The position numbers and the translations under genes are program-made. From the IMG/VR virus record IMGVR_UViG_3300032247_001283, positions 1 through 26,231 of that record: 26,231 nucleotides of DNA. One strand, given 5' to 3'. This document shows positions 1 to 9,975 of this stretch, in pieces. The notes under the pieces were generated by a model. That model was given only the letters and a program-made list of their open reading frames with translations, ran no database searches and was not told the DNA's origin. This DNA comes from a virus (Duplodnaviria > Caudoviricetes). The number at the start of each line of letters is the position of its first letter. The first letter of the stretch is position 1.

Positions 1-63
1 CGGGTACTCCTATAATCTTGTTGTAATAGTCGTGTGTATTCCAGCAAACGTGGGTGGGTAACT

Positions 64-537
64 ATGGATCCGGCTACAATCAGCCTCATCTTTGGTGGCG
101 CAAAGATGGCCTACGAGGCCATCAAGGGCGGCATCAAAGTCGGAAAAGAGCTACAGGGTATGGCGAGCGATGTCGCCAAGCTCTATGGGTCCGTGGCTAA
201 ACTGACGCAACTATCTGCTTCTCCACCCAAGCCAAAACTTTTCTCCGGCGTCTCTGTCGAAGAAATGGCTATGGACATTGTGGTCAAGCGCAAACAGGCG
301 GAAGCTTGGTATCACGAAGTTCGCAACGCCTTCGTCGCTCAATACGGTCTCCGTGGATGGGAAGAAGTTCAACGCGAAATCGTCCATATCCAGAAGCAGC
401 ATAAAGCCGCTCAAGCCGCTGCTCAAAAGGAGCATGAGGAATCCATGCACCAGCTAAAGGTGCTTGGCATGGCGGGTCTTGTTGTCATAATTCTCGTCAT
501 CGGAATGGTCGTCACAATCAGTTTTTCTTTTAAATAG
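64..537 (+). CDS. Phage membrane protein with C-terminal TM helix, upstream of the lysis genes
   Basis: ORF with likely ATG at 64 (MDPATIS...), coiled-coil middle and hydrophobic C-terminus (VLGMAGLVVIILVIGMVVTISF). Confidence 0.7.
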   Translation: MDPATISLIFGGAKMAYEAIKGGIKVGKELQGMASDVAKLYGSVAKLTQLSASPPKPKLFSGVSVEEMAMDIVVKRKQAEAWYHEVRNAFVAQYGLRGWEEVQREIVHIQKQHKAAQAAAQKEHEESMHQLKVLGMAGLVVIILVIGMVVTISFSFK

Positions 538-546
538 GAGGGGTCT

Positions 547-1068
547 ATGGATCTTCTGAAAGCAGCAGGCCCCTTGCTCGGGCAACTTGCACCAACACTT
601 GCTACCGCTCTCGGTGGTCCTCTGGCAGGGCTTGCTACCAAGACACTAGCGAACGTGCTCCTTGGAACAGAGGACGCTTCTCCGGCAGACGTGGCGACCG
701 CTCTCCAGAATGCGACGCCCGATCAGCTTGCTGATATCAAGAAGATCGAGGCCGACTTCAAAGTCCGCATGCAGGAATTGGAGATCGATCTTGAACGCAT
801 CTCTGCCGGGGACCGCGACAGCGCCCGCAAGCGGGAGATCGAAATCAAGGATCACATGCCCAAGATACTGGCTGTCGGTATCACCGTGGGTTTCTTCGGC
901 TGCTTGTTCTGGATGTTTGTCTACGGCGTTCCAAAGAATGGTAACGAAGCCTTGCTGCTGATGCTTGGCGCATTGCAGACTGCGTTCACAGGCGTGATCG
1001 CCTACTATTTCGGATCGTCCTCTGGCTCGAAGGCCAAGACCGATCTGATGGCAACCAAGGAAAAGTAA
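547..1068 (+). CDS. Holin-like membrane protein
   Basis: AGGAGG RBS; APTLATALGGPLAG N-terminus, DRDSAR motif, two TM helices, YYFGSS end; directly upstream of the endolysin. Confidence 0.7.
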   Translation: MDLLKAAGPLLGQLAPTLATALGGPLAGLATKTLANVLLGTEDASPADVATALQNATPDQLADIKKIEADFKVRMQELEIDLERISAGDRDSARKREIEIKDHMPKILAVGITVGFFGCLFWMFVYGVPKNGNEALLLMLGALQTAFTGVIAYYFGSSSGSKAKTDLMATKEK

Positions 1069-1069
1069 G

Positions 1070-1585
1070 ATGAAAGAGAATTGGGAAAAGGCATTTCAGC
1101 TCGTCCTTAAACATGAAGGCGGCTACGTGAACCACCCAAAGGATCCGGGTGGCATGACCAACCTCGGCGTTACCAAGCGGGCGTGGGAAGAGTACGTTGG
1201 CCGTACCGTTGACGAAGCTGAGATGCGCGGTCTTACCCCAGATGTAGTCAAGCCGTTCTACAAGAAGAACTACTGGGACAAGATCAAGGGTGACAGCCTT
1301 CCTTCCGGCGTTGACTACGCTGCTTATGACCTTGCTGTGAACTCAGGCACAGGACGTGCAGCCAAATACCTCCAGCAGATTGCGGGTGTCCCAGCCGACG
1401 GGGCCATTGGTCCAAAGTCTTTGGAAGCTATCGTCTCTTGCAATGCCGCAGAGACAGTTGATGTTCTCTGCGACATGCGTCTCGATTTTCTCAAGCGTCT
1501 TCCGACATGGGGAACCTTTGGCAAAGGCTGGGAAAAGCGCGTCAACGACGTCGCCGATACCGCGACAAAGATGGCTGAAGGTTAA
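1070..1585 (+). CDS. Endolysin, glycoside hydrolase family 108 with PG-binding C-terminus
   Basis: HEGGYVNHPKDPGGMTNLGVT catalytic motif, D.AVNSG, FGKGW..R. Confidence 0.93.
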   Translation: MKENWEKAFQLVLKHEGGYVNHPKDPGGMTNLGVTKRAWEEYVGRTVDEAEMRGLTPDVVKPFYKKNYWDKIKGDSLPSGVDYAAYDLAVNSGTGRAAKYLQQIAGVPADGAIGPKSLEAIVSCNAAETVDVLCDMRLDFLKRLPTWGTFGKGWEKRVNDVADTATKMAEG

Positions 1586-3030
1586 ATCAGCCACTCCTTA
1601 TAGCCCTCTTTCAAAACCTCCGTGGCTACGTTGATCTTATCGCGTAGTGCACGGAGGATTTTTTCGTCTACCGTTCCCTCTGTGACGATGTCGATGTAGG
1701 TCACATTGTTCCGTTGTCCAATGCGGTGAGCCCGATCCTCACTTTGCAGACGCACTTCCAAGTCGTAGTTGTTGGAAAAGTAGATCATGGTGTGAGCCTC
1801 TGTGAGGGTCAGTCCGTATCCACCTGTTCGTGGTTGTCCAACAAAGAAGCGAAGTGCATGCTCCGGGTCCTGAAAGTCTTTAACCATTTGCTGTCGTTCG
1901 TCAGGGGAGGTGTCCCCGTAGTAGGTGCGCACGGTCTCCGGACCATACTCCTTGGCCAACGCACGTTCGATCATCTTGATATCGTAGGTGTAGCTTGCCC
2001 AGATGATGACCTTGCCGTCCACTTCTTCGAGAGCAGCGAGCAGTTCATCAAACTTGTCCGACTTCATCTCTATGACCGTACCGTCGTCGGCCTTGAAATA
2101 GCCGGAGCAGATCTGCTGAAGCCGGAGGATTTGCGTCAGCACGTTCTGCGCTGTGAGCGTTTTACCGTCCAGCTCTGCAATCGCGGCCTTCTTGACGCGG
2201 CTATAGATTCCAGCCTGTTCGTCCGTCAGTTGCACCACGCGCTTGGTGTAGACCTTTTCGGGGAGGTCGAGGCAGTCCTTCTTCAGAATGCGAAACGAGA
2301 ACTTGTCGAGGCGCTCTGATAGCTCGTTCAGGTTCTGGTAACCCACAACCTGATTGAACGAATGCGTCCCGACGCTGCGCTTCATCAAGCGGCAGTACCT
2401 GTTCTGGAACGAATAAAAACTGGAGAAGCCAAGCGCCCACTCATCGAGGAAAGCGCATTGTGTGTACAAGTCCATGGGCGTCTTTGTGATGGGAGACCCC
2501 GTCATGATTCGCCTGTGCGTGGCAAACTTTCCCACCTTGATAATGTTCTTGGTGCGCTTTGCCTTGCCGTTCTTGATCGTAGTACTTTCGTCTACCGCAA
2601 TAAGAACCTTGCGTGATTTCAAGAACTTGGAGGCAAAGGCTACGCCCTTGTCCGTGGAAAACGCTTCGACATTCATGACCACGATCTTCAAGTTATCGTC
2701 ATCACGAAACGCTTCTTCCAGCTGCTCAAGGTTTCTCTTGGATGTCGCAGGGTTCCAGACGATCACATCGTGAATGATGTGCTCTGGCAGGTGCTTAGGC
2801 AGCTCGATGGTTTCCCAGTTCTTGTACACACCCTTGGGTGCAACAACGAGAAACCCCTCGACGTCTCCACGATCATAGAGTATCGACACGGTGTCGATCA
2901 GGATTTTTGATTTGCCTGTCCCCATCTCTGCGAACAAAGCAAATTCGTTTTTCCCCAGAGATTTTCTAAGAGCATCAGACTGATGCTTATACGGGGTCAT
3001 GCGGAACTTGTAGCGATCAACGATGTCCAT
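1582..3030 (-). CDS. SNF2-family (SF2) helicase/ATPase
   Basis: EMGTGKS Walker A, VDES, MTGSPI, GGYGLTLT, QSEDRAHRIGQ. Confidence 0.93.
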   Translation of the reverse strand: MDIVDRYKFRMTPYKHQSDALRKSLGKNEFALFAEMGTGKSKILIDTVSILYDRGDVEGFLVVAPKGVYKNWETIELPKHLPEHIIHDVIVWNPATSKRNLEQLEEAFRDDDNLKIVVMNVEAFSTDKGVAFASKFLKSRKVLIAVDESTTIKNGKAKRTKNIIKVGKFATHRRIMTGSPITKTPMDLYTQCAFLDEWALGFSSFYSFQNRYCRLMKRSVGTHSFNQVVGYQNLNELSERLDKFSFRILKKDCLDLPEKVYTKRVVQLTDEQAGIYSRVKKAAIAELDGKTLTAQNVLTQILRLQQICSGYFKADDGTVIEMKSDKFDELLAALEEVDGKVIIWASYTYDIKMIERALAKEYGPETVRTYYGDTSPDERQQMVKDFQDPEHALRFFVGQPRTGGYGLTLTEAHTMIYFSNNYDLEVRLQSEDRAHRIGQRNNVTYIDIVTEGTVDEKILRALRDKINVATEVLKEGYKEWLI

Positions 3031-3062
3031 GGTCCATTGCCCTTTCTAGCGGCAGGTCGTAG

Positions 3063-3091
3063 ACATTACCGGAACAAAAAGATTTTTGCAA
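3063..3091 (-). promoter_or_regulatory. Putative sigma70 promoter for the SNF2 gene
   Basis: Minus strand TTGCAA-17 nt-TAATGT in the divergent intergenic gap. Confidence 0.5.
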
Positions 3092-3097
3092 GCACGC

Positions 3098-3128
3098 TTG
3101 ACAGACCCCCGGTGATTCGGAGTAGCAT
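3098..3128 (+). promoter_or_regulatory. Possible promoter for the replication operon
   Basis: TTGACA at 3098 and TAGCAT at 3123; the 19-nt spacer is non-optimal. Confidence 0.35.
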
Positions 3129-3152
3129 GCATGCGTCGAACGGGAGAAAGCC

Positions 3153-3473
3153 GTGACGGTTTATATAACACAAGAAGTTCGTGGTCGTGATCTCTCTGAT
3201 GCGTTGGAGTTTGGCGATCTCGATATCCTGATCCCTGCCAAGGAACAGGTTGCTCTTTCGGCTATACCAACGCTCCGTCGGATGGAGCGGAAGCTGGTGA
3301 AGTTTACATCCGACGATTATCTGATGCTGTCCGGTGATCCGGTATGCATCGGTATAGCATGTGCGCTCGCTGCTCTAGCGAACAACGGGCGCTTCAGGGT
3401 TCTCAAGTGGGATCGTCTCGAACAGAGATACTACCCAATTGAGGTTGATCTTTATCACAGTACGAGGAGATAG
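3153..3473 (+). CDS. Hypothetical phage protein, first gene of the replication operon
   Basis: GTG start after GGAGAAAG; DYL.LSGDPV...LKWDR pattern; coupled to the next gene. Confidence 0.8.
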   Translation: MTVYITQEVRGRDLSDALEFGDLDILIPAKEQVALSAIPTLRRMERKLVKFTSDDYLMLSGDPVCIGIACALAALANNGRFRVLKWDRLEQRYYPIEVDLYHSTRR

Positions 3474-3476
3474 AAA

Positions 3477-4022
3477 GTGGACCTCGAAGATGTTGCAATG
3501 CAGTTGTCCTCCGTGGACAACAATGATTTGAAGCAGGTCGCTGCGCTTGTGCGCCAGCAGCTTGTTCTCGAACAGCGCGTGGAAGACCTGACCGCCGAAC
3601 TCAAACGGGCGCAACTGGATCTCGCACACGTGTCTGGTGAAGCTTTGCCTTCCGCATTGGCGGAGCATGGCCTCACAGAACTGAAGATGGCGGACGGATC
3701 AAAGGTCACTGTGGCGACCGTGATCAGCGCGAACATCTCCAAAGAAAGGTCGGAAGCTGCCCATCAGTGGCTGCGCGACAACGGTTTCGGTGATCTTATC
3801 AAGAACACCGTGGCTGTCAGTTTCGGCAAAGGCGAAGACGAAAAGGCTGTCGATCTGGTTCGCGAACTGGGTGCGATGGGTCATGACGTCGATCAGAAAG
3901 AAGCAGTGCACCCAAGTACACTGAAAGCTTTCTGTAAGGAACAGATCGAGAAAGGTACTGGGGTTCCGTCTGAACTCTTTGGTATTTTCATCGGTCAAAA
4001 ATCAACCATCAAGAAGGGCTAA
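3477..4022 (+). CDS. Phage replication-region protein with coiled-coil N-terminus
   Basis: AGGAG RBS; WLRDNGFGDLIKN and VHPSTLKAF motifs recalled from this replication module. Confidence 0.8.
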   Translation: MDLEDVAMQLSSVDNNDLKQVAALVRQQLVLEQRVEDLTAELKRAQLDLAHVSGEALPSALAEHGLTELKMADGSKVTVATVISANISKERSEAAHQWLRDNGFGDLIKNTVAVSFGKGEDEKAVDLVRELGAMGHDVDQKEAVHPSTLKAFCKEQIEKGTGVPSELFGIFIGQKSTIKKG

Positions 4023-4026
4023 TACC

Positions 4027-4830
4027 ATGGCAAAGAATGCCGTCGCCGTGAAGGCGCAGTCCACCGCAGTCGCTGTTATTGCGGAAGAGTTTGAAGAGTT
4101 CGCCGCACTCGGCATGGATCAGATTCGTTCTGAGGACATGTCGATCCCGTTCATGCGTATCCTCGCGCAGCTTTCACCTCAGGTGAACAAGCGTGACGGT
4201 GCGTATGTCGAAGGCGCTGAAGCAGGCATGATCTACAACACCGTCGCCAACGAGGTGTACGATGGCGAGAAGGGTGTGCTTGTGATCCCCTGCTACTACA
4301 ACCGTCGCTATGTCGAATGGAAGCCACGTGAAAAGGGTGGCGGCTATGTCAACTCCTACGACGTGGACGACAAGATCGTTAACACGACGTACCGTGATGA
4401 CCGCGGTAACGACGTGCTTCCGAATGGCAACCTCCTCACCAACACAGCACAGTTCTTTGTGTTGCTGATGGCTGATGACGGTATGCCACAACGCTGCTTG
4501 ATCACCATGACGAGCACCCAGTTGAAGAAGGCTCGCAAGTGGGTCACGCAGATGCAGTCACGCACTGCGATGGGCAAGAACGGAATGTTCGTTCTTCCTA
4601 TGATGTCCCAAGTGTACCGTCTCCGCACGGTTGAAGAACGCAATGATAAGGGATCGTGGTTTGGTTGGGAGATCAGCCATGAGCGTTCACTCGATCTCGC
4701 TGAAGAGAAGCCTGTGTTTGATCTCGGCGTGTCCTTCTCCAAGTCAGTTCGCGCTGGCGAGGTGAAGGTTAAGGAAGACCAGAGCGCGGATACCTTTGGT
4801 TCGTCCGACAACGAAACAGACATCCTTTAA
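4027..4830 (+). CDS. Putative ssDNA-binding/annealing protein
   Basis: ATG at 4027 after GAAGGG; acidic C-terminal tail (DNETDIL); lies before the primase and is followed by a terminator. Confidence 0.6.
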   Translation: MAKNAVAVKAQSTAVAVIAEEFEEFAALGMDQIRSEDMSIPFMRILAQLSPQVNKRDGAYVEGAEAGMIYNTVANEVYDGEKGVLVIPCYYNRRYVEWKPREKGGGYVNSYDVDDKIVNTTYRDDRGNDVLPNGNLLTNTAQFFVLLMADDGMPQRCLITMTSTQLKKARKWVTQMQSRTAMGKNGMFVLPMMSQVYRLRTVEERNDKGSWFGWEISHERSLDLAEEKPVFDLGVSFSKSVRAGEVKVKEDQSADTFGSSDNETDIL

Positions 4831-4840
4831 TGCAAGGTCC

Positions 4841-4870
4841 GGGGGACTGCTTCGGCGGTCCCCCTTTTTT
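4841..4870 (+). terminator. Rho-independent terminator
   Basis: GGGGGACTGC-TTCG-GCGGTCCCCC followed by T6. Confidence 0.9.
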
Positions 4871-4884
4871 GAAAGGCCACAGAA

Positions 4885-6408
4885 ATGGACCTTGCTGCGA
4901 GGTTTTTTGCACTGCTTGCTGGCAGTAACATTGCCCATGGCACATTCAATGTGCAGGGAGATAGACAGAGGGATGGGAAGAAGCAGGGACAAGCCCGCAT
5001 TCTCCGTGAACCTCCGACCGTGGAACATTGGCAAAAGCATCTGAAGGGCGATAGCGGACTAGGCATTATCCCAATCAAGGCAAATAATAGTTGCCACTGG
5101 GGAGCCGTTGATATTGACGTATACAATCTTGACCACTCATCACTGATCAAACAAGTCGAGAAGCACAAGCTTCCCGGAGTCGTCTGCCGTTCTAAATCCG
5201 GCGGCGCGCACATGTACTTCTTCTTCACGAAGGAGATTGCGGCGGCTGACTTGCAGCCCAAGCTTGTCTCCATCGCAGCTCTGCTCGGCTACGCAGGCTC
5301 TGAGGTGTTTCCAAAACAGCAGGAGATCCTCGTTGACCGTGGCGACACAGGCAACTTCCTCAACATGCCGTACTTCGCTGGGGTACGGACAACCCGCTAT
5401 GCTTACAACGACAAGGGAGAAAGCCTTGGACCAGAAGAGTTTCTTGCATTCGCAGAAGGTCGTTGCGTTGATCCGGACACATTCCTCGACCTTGAAACAG
5501 AACATAAAAAGGCTGAGGAAATCCTGCCAAAGGGACCCCCTTGTCTTCAACAACTCGCTGCCCAAGGTTTCGGTGAAGGTGGCCGTAACAACTCCCTGTT
5601 CAATCTCGGGGTCTATGCTCGCATGGCTTCCCCCGACAAATGGGAAGAGCGTGTCCGTCACTATAACCAAACGCTGATGATCCCTCCGCTTTCCGATAAG
5701 GAAGTGGACCTCATCACCGGACAGCTTCAGAAGAAAGAGTACTTCTACAAGTGCGACGACCAGCCGATTGCCAGCTACTGCAACAAGGATGTTTGCATCG
5801 GCCGGAAGTTTGGCATCGGGCCGGGTCAGAAATCCAATGACCTCGGCTCACTGACCAAGATCAACGGTGATCCTCCGATCTGGATCATGGACGTTGACGG
5901 TAAGCGCGTGGAACTCGGAACAGATAGTCTTGTCTCACAGAAGCAGTTCCAAAAGGACTGCCTCAACCAGATCAACATCTATCCCAAGACGATGAGCGAG
6001 AAGGCATGGGCTTCCCGAATGCAGGGGTTGCTCACCGCTCTTACGATCATTGAGGTTCCGCCGGAAGCCACCACGAAGGGCGAGTTCGAGGAACTCTTCA
6101 TCTCGTTCTGTTGCGACAGAGCGCGTGGCGTGGAGCGTGAAGAAATCTTGCAGGGCATTGCCGTGTGGGTGGAAGAGTGCGTGTTCTTCCAGCTCCGCGA
6201 TATCCAGAAGCATCTCAAGGCTAACAACTTCACCCGCTACAGCAACGTGCAGCTCGGCCTGAGACTGAAGGAGATGAAAGCAGAGAAGGTTGATTGGCGC
6301 ATCAAGGGCAAGACTGTGCACCTGTGGATGATGCCGCAAACCTACTTCGCTGGGTCTGAAGATATCCGTATCGATCTTCCTCCAATGGATATTCCGGACG
6401 TCCTCTGA
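4885..6408 (+). CDS. Archaeo-eukaryotic primase (prim-pol) with PriCT-like domain
   Basis: WGAVDID, RSKSGGAH, GNFLNMPY, then PPCL...EGGRNNSLF. Confidence 0.85.
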   Translation: MDLAARFFALLAGSNIAHGTFNVQGDRQRDGKKQGQARILREPPTVEHWQKHLKGDSGLGIIPIKANNSCHWGAVDIDVYNLDHSSLIKQVEKHKLPGVVCRSKSGGAHMYFFFTKEIAAADLQPKLVSIAALLGYAGSEVFPKQQEILVDRGDTGNFLNMPYFAGVRTTRYAYNDKGESLGPEEFLAFAEGRCVDPDTFLDLETEHKKAEEILPKGPPCLQQLAAQGFGEGGRNNSLFNLGVYARMASPDKWEERVRHYNQTLMIPPLSDKEVDLITGQLQKKEYFYKCDDQPIASYCNKDVCIGRKFGIGPGQKSNDLGSLTKINGDPPIWIMDVDGKRVELGTDSLVSQKQFQKDCLNQINIYPKTMSEKAWASRMQGLLTALTIIEVPPEATTKGEFEELFISFCCDRARGVEREEILQGIAVWVEECVFFQLRDIQKHLKANNFTRYSNVQLGLRLKEMKAEKVDWRIKGKTVHLWMMPQTYFAGSEDIRIDLPPMDIPDVL

Positions 6409-7919
6409 TGCACATCATCCTTGGACCACCCGGAACGGGCAAGACAACAAAGCTCCTGACTATGGTCGAGGATGCCATGGCCCGTGGCACTCCTCCGGAA
6501 AGGATTGGCTACTTTTCTTTCACCCGTCGAGCTGCGGAGGAAGCAATCCATCGTGCCACCCGTCGCTTTGGATTGACGTACAAAGACCTCCCGTACTTCA
6601 AGACGCTGCACAGTCTGGCTATGCAAAGGGCTGGGATCGACAAGAAGCGCGTCATGCAGTGGTCTCACTACGAGGACTGCGCCAAGTGGTTGAAGGTTAC
6701 GCCGTTCAAAGAAGTGCGCCCTGCTGATGAGGGTCCGTATCAGGAGTACGGGATGGGAGATCGCTTCCTCGAAGTGATCAACATGTCCCGCATCTGTATG
6801 CTCCCGCTGCGCCACGTCTACAACCACTCAACCGTACCGCAGACCACCGACTTCTCGATGGTCGAGTACGTGGACCGTGGCCTACGGGCATACAAGAAGG
6901 CGCACGATCTGTACGACTTCACCGACATGCTGGAAATCTTTATCCAGCAGAAGCTCTCTCCGGTCTTCGACATCGTCTTCATTGACGAGGTACAAGACTT
7001 GTCTCCGATCCAATGGCAGATGGTTCATCAGATCGCGGAGCGCAGCAAGCAGGTGGTGATCGCAGGAGACGACGACCAAGCAATCTATCGCTGGGCCGGA
7101 GCCGACGTCGAGTACTTCATTCGCCTTGATGGAACAACCGAGGTCCTCGGCCAAAGCTATCGCATCCCTGCAAGCCACCACGCCATGAGCCAGAGGTTGA
7201 TCTCCACCGTCCATCACCGCAGGCAGAAGGAGTTTCTCCCTCGGCCAGATGACGGCGGTATCCTGTGGCATAGGCATAGCGAAGAAGTAAACCTCGATCA
7301 GGATGATTGGCTGCTGCTCGCTCGCACACGCAAGCTTGCAAAGCAATTGGAAGAAGAGGTCCGCCAACGAGGTTTGCTCTACACGTTCAGCCTGTCGAAG
7401 GAACTGGACCACAAAACTCTGGAGGCTATCCAGATGTGGGAGGCACTGCGTCGAGGCGAAGGGCTGATGGCGAAGGACATACGATTAGTCTACCGCCAGA
7501 TGATGCTGAACAAACAAGTGCAGCGCGGCCACAAGACACTGCCTGATGTACCTGAAGATTGCATTCTGACTATCGGTGATCTCACCACGAACCACGGCCT
7601 ACTGACCACGGCTCCTTGGGATGATGCGCTAGGTGCTATTCCTGATAATGAAGTGGTATACTTCAAGGCATGCCTTAGAAGGGGCGAAGACTTTACAAAG
7701 AAGCCGAGGATCAGGATCTCGACAATCCATTCCGCCAAGGGGGCTGAAGCGACCAACGTCATGTTGGTGACAGACTACCCTCAGAAGATGGCTAGTAGTG
7801 TTAGGGATATCCATGGAGCGGATGATGAGAAGCGCGTCTTCTACGTCGGCCTCACCAGAGCAAAGAAAGAACTACATCTAATACACCCAATGATATCTAA
7901 AGGATTCCCGCTGATATGA
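6408..7919 (+). CDS. UvrD/Rep-like SF1 helicase
   Basis: GPPGTGKT, IDEVQD, GDDDQAIY, QSYR, STIHSAKGAE, YVGLTRAK. Confidence 0.93.
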   Translation: MHIILGPPGTGKTTKLLTMVEDAMARGTPPERIGYFSFTRRAAEEAIHRATRRFGLTYKDLPYFKTLHSLAMQRAGIDKKRVMQWSHYEDCAKWLKVTPFKEVRPADEGPYQEYGMGDRFLEVINMSRICMLPLRHVYNHSTVPQTTDFSMVEYVDRGLRAYKKAHDLYDFTDMLEIFIQQKLSPVFDIVFIDEVQDLSPIQWQMVHQIAERSKQVVIAGDDDQAIYRWAGADVEYFIRLDGTTEVLGQSYRIPASHHAMSQRLISTVHHRRQKEFLPRPDDGGILWHRHSEEVNLDQDDWLLLARTRKLAKQLEEEVRQRGLLYTFSLSKELDHKTLEAIQMWEALRRGEGLMAKDIRLVYRQMMLNKQVQRGHKTLPDVPEDCILTIGDLTTNHGLLTTAPWDDALGAIPDNEVVYFKACLRRGEDFTKKPRIRISTIHSAKGAEATNVMLVTDYPQKMASSVRDIHGADDEKRVFYVGLTRAKKELHLIHPMISKGFPLI

Positions 7920-8140
7920 ACATGGACACAGAAGTTTATGCCGTCTGTGCCTGTGGCAAAGACGAGATGATTACAACCCTACGGAAGGTCAAAAACTCTT
8001 GGCCCTTCTGTTCATGCAAGCAGTCAATGAAGGTGACCAATGACGTTCCAGTATCAGCACGAAACAGAATGGGTGATGCCGGAAGCCTACCCGGATTTGT
8101 CCGGAGAAAGCTTGATCGCAATCGACTTGGAAACCTATGA
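7916..8140 (+). CDS. Possible small Cys-rich (CxC...CxC) protein
   Basis: ATGA-coupled to the helicase stop and fills the gap before polA, but overlaps polA by about 100 nt. Confidence 0.35.
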   Translation: MNMDTEVYAVCACGKDEMITTLRKVKNSWPFCSCKQSMKVTNDVPVSARNRMGDAGSLPGFVRRKLDRNRLGNL

Positions 8141-9929
8141 CCCAGACCTGAAAGAAACTGGGGCTGGCTGGGCGACCAAGAAGGGTTACATCATCGGTAT
8201 CGCCGTCGCTGTTGAAGGAGCGGCATGGTACTTCCCGATCCGTCATGCCAACGGGGGCAACCTCGATGTGCGCATGACGCTTGGCTGGTTGCGCGAAGTC
8301 TGCTCGATGGAGGACTGCACCTACGTCTTCCACAACGCCATGTATGACGTGGGCTGGATGAAGCATGAAGGCGTCATCATCAAGGGCAAGATCGCCGACA
8401 CGATGGTCGCTGCCCCGTTGCTGGACGAGAACCGGTTCAGCTACTCGCTCAACAATCTTGGTTTCGACTACCTCAAGGAGCGCAAGGACGAGCGCGCCCT
8501 GCGTGATGCGGCCAAAGAGATGGGCCTCGATCCCAAGGGCGAGATGTGGAAACTCCCTGCCCACTTCGTCGGTCGCTACGCAGAACAGGACGCTGCTCTT
8601 ACGTTGCGCCTCTGGAAGCAGATGCTCGGCCTGATGATTGCCGGGGAACTCTCCTCGATCTTTGATCTTGAAATGCAGGTCCAGAGGGTCTGCCTTGCCA
8701 TGCGCGAGCGGGGTGTCCGTGTCGATCTGGAGAAGGCTGATCGGGTTAAGGTGGGCCTCCAAAAGGAAGAGGAAGACATCATCCGCCGTGTCCGGAAAGA
8801 GACGGGCGTGGATGTGAACATTTGGGCCGCTGCTTCTGTGGCAAAGGTCTTCGACTCTCTGAGCCTGACCTACCCACGCACCGCCAAGTCAGAGGCTCCA
8901 TCCTTCACCAAGAACTTCCTTGCCACCCACGACCACCCGATTGCGAAGGACATCGTCCGTGCCCGCGAGCTTAACAAAGCCCGCACGACATTCATCGACA
9001 GCATCACCAAGCACACAGTGAACGGCCGCATCCACGCTGAAATCCACCAGCTCCGCTCGGATGACGGTGGCACAGTGACGGGTCGCTTCTCGTACTCCTC
9101 ACCCAATCTCCAGCAGATCCCTGCCCGCGACGCTGGCATCAGCCCGCTGATCCGTGGCCTGTTCCTTCCGGAAGAGGGCGAGATGTGGGGGAGCTTCGAC
9201 TACTCCTCCCAAGAACCTCGGATCGTGGTCCACTACGCATCACTCCTTAAGATGCGCGGCGCGGACAAATTCGTCGAAGCTTATCAGGCTGACCCTCGGT
9301 CCGACTTCCATCAGCTCGCTGCCGACATTGTCGGTGTGCCACGCAAGCAGGCCAAGACCATTAACTTGGGCCTGTTCTATGGCATGGGAGTAAACAAGCT
9401 CGGTGAGCAGCTCGGCCTCGATTTCGAGAGCGCGAAGGAGCTTTTCGCTGTGTACCATGACAAGGTCCCGTTCGTTAAGGAACTCACCTCCCGCGTTTCC
9501 TCCATCGCCGATAACAGGGGCGTGATCCGCACCCTCCTCGGTCGTCGTTGCCGATTCGATAAGTGGGAACCGCGTACCTTTGGTGCTCATAAAGCCTACT
9601 CCCATGATGAGGCCCGCCAAATCTATGGCGAGATGACCTTGTTGAAACGTGCCTATACTTACAAAGCTCTTAACAGACTGATCCAAGGCTCGGCAGCGGA
9701 CCAGACCAAGAAGGCGATGGTTGACCTCTACGACGCAGGCATCCTGCCCATGATCCAAATCCATGACGAACTGGCGATGTCCGTGTCCAGCCGCGAGCAG
9801 GGAGAGAAGATCATGGAGGTCATGCAGAACTGTGTCTCCCTAGCAGTCCCGTCTGTGGTTGATGCGGAGCTTGGCCCATCTTGGGGCGAGGCCACTAAAA
9901 GTCTGGATGAGGTTTTTCCGACCGTCTAA
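8040..9929 (+). CDS. polA: DNA polymerase family A with 3'-5' exonuclease domain
   Basis: IDLET and HNAMYD exonuclease motifs; TGRFS..PNLQQIP; motif A DYSSQEPR, motif B KTINLGLFYG, motif C IHDEL. Confidence 0.96.
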   Translation: MTFQYQHETEWVMPEAYPDLSGESLIAIDLETYDPDLKETGAGWATKKGYIIGIAVAVEGAAWYFPIRHANGGNLDVRMTLGWLREVCSMEDCTYVFHNAMYDVGWMKHEGVIIKGKIADTMVAAPLLDENRFSYSLNNLGFDYLKERKDERALRDAAKEMGLDPKGEMWKLPAHFVGRYAEQDAALTLRLWKQMLGLMIAGELSSIFDLEMQVQRVCLAMRERGVRVDLEKADRVKVGLQKEEEDIIRRVRKETGVDVNIWAAASVAKVFDSLSLTYPRTAKSEAPSFTKNFLATHDHPIAKDIVRARELNKARTTFIDSITKHTVNGRIHAEIHQLRSDDGGTVTGRFSYSSPNLQQIPARDAGISPLIRGLFLPEEGEMWGSFDYSSQEPRIVVHYASLLKMRGADKFVEAYQADPRSDFHQLAADIVGVPRKQAKTINLGLFYGMGVNKLGEQLGLDFESAKELFAVYHDKVPFVKELTSRVSSIADNRGVIRTLLGRRCRFDKWEPRTFGAHKAYSHDEARQIYGEMTLLKRAYTYKALNRLIQGSAADQTKKAMVDLYDAGILPMIQIHDELAMSVSSREQGEKIMEVMQNCVSLAVPSVVDAELGPSWGEATKSLDEVFPTV

Positions 9930-9975
9930 TTTTGGTAATATAAACGTGCTTTCTTACTGGGGGTAAGGGCACGTA

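Noticed and set aside
11-16. TATAAT as lysis promoter -10
   Set aside because: The -35 would lie outside the window and cannot be evaluated
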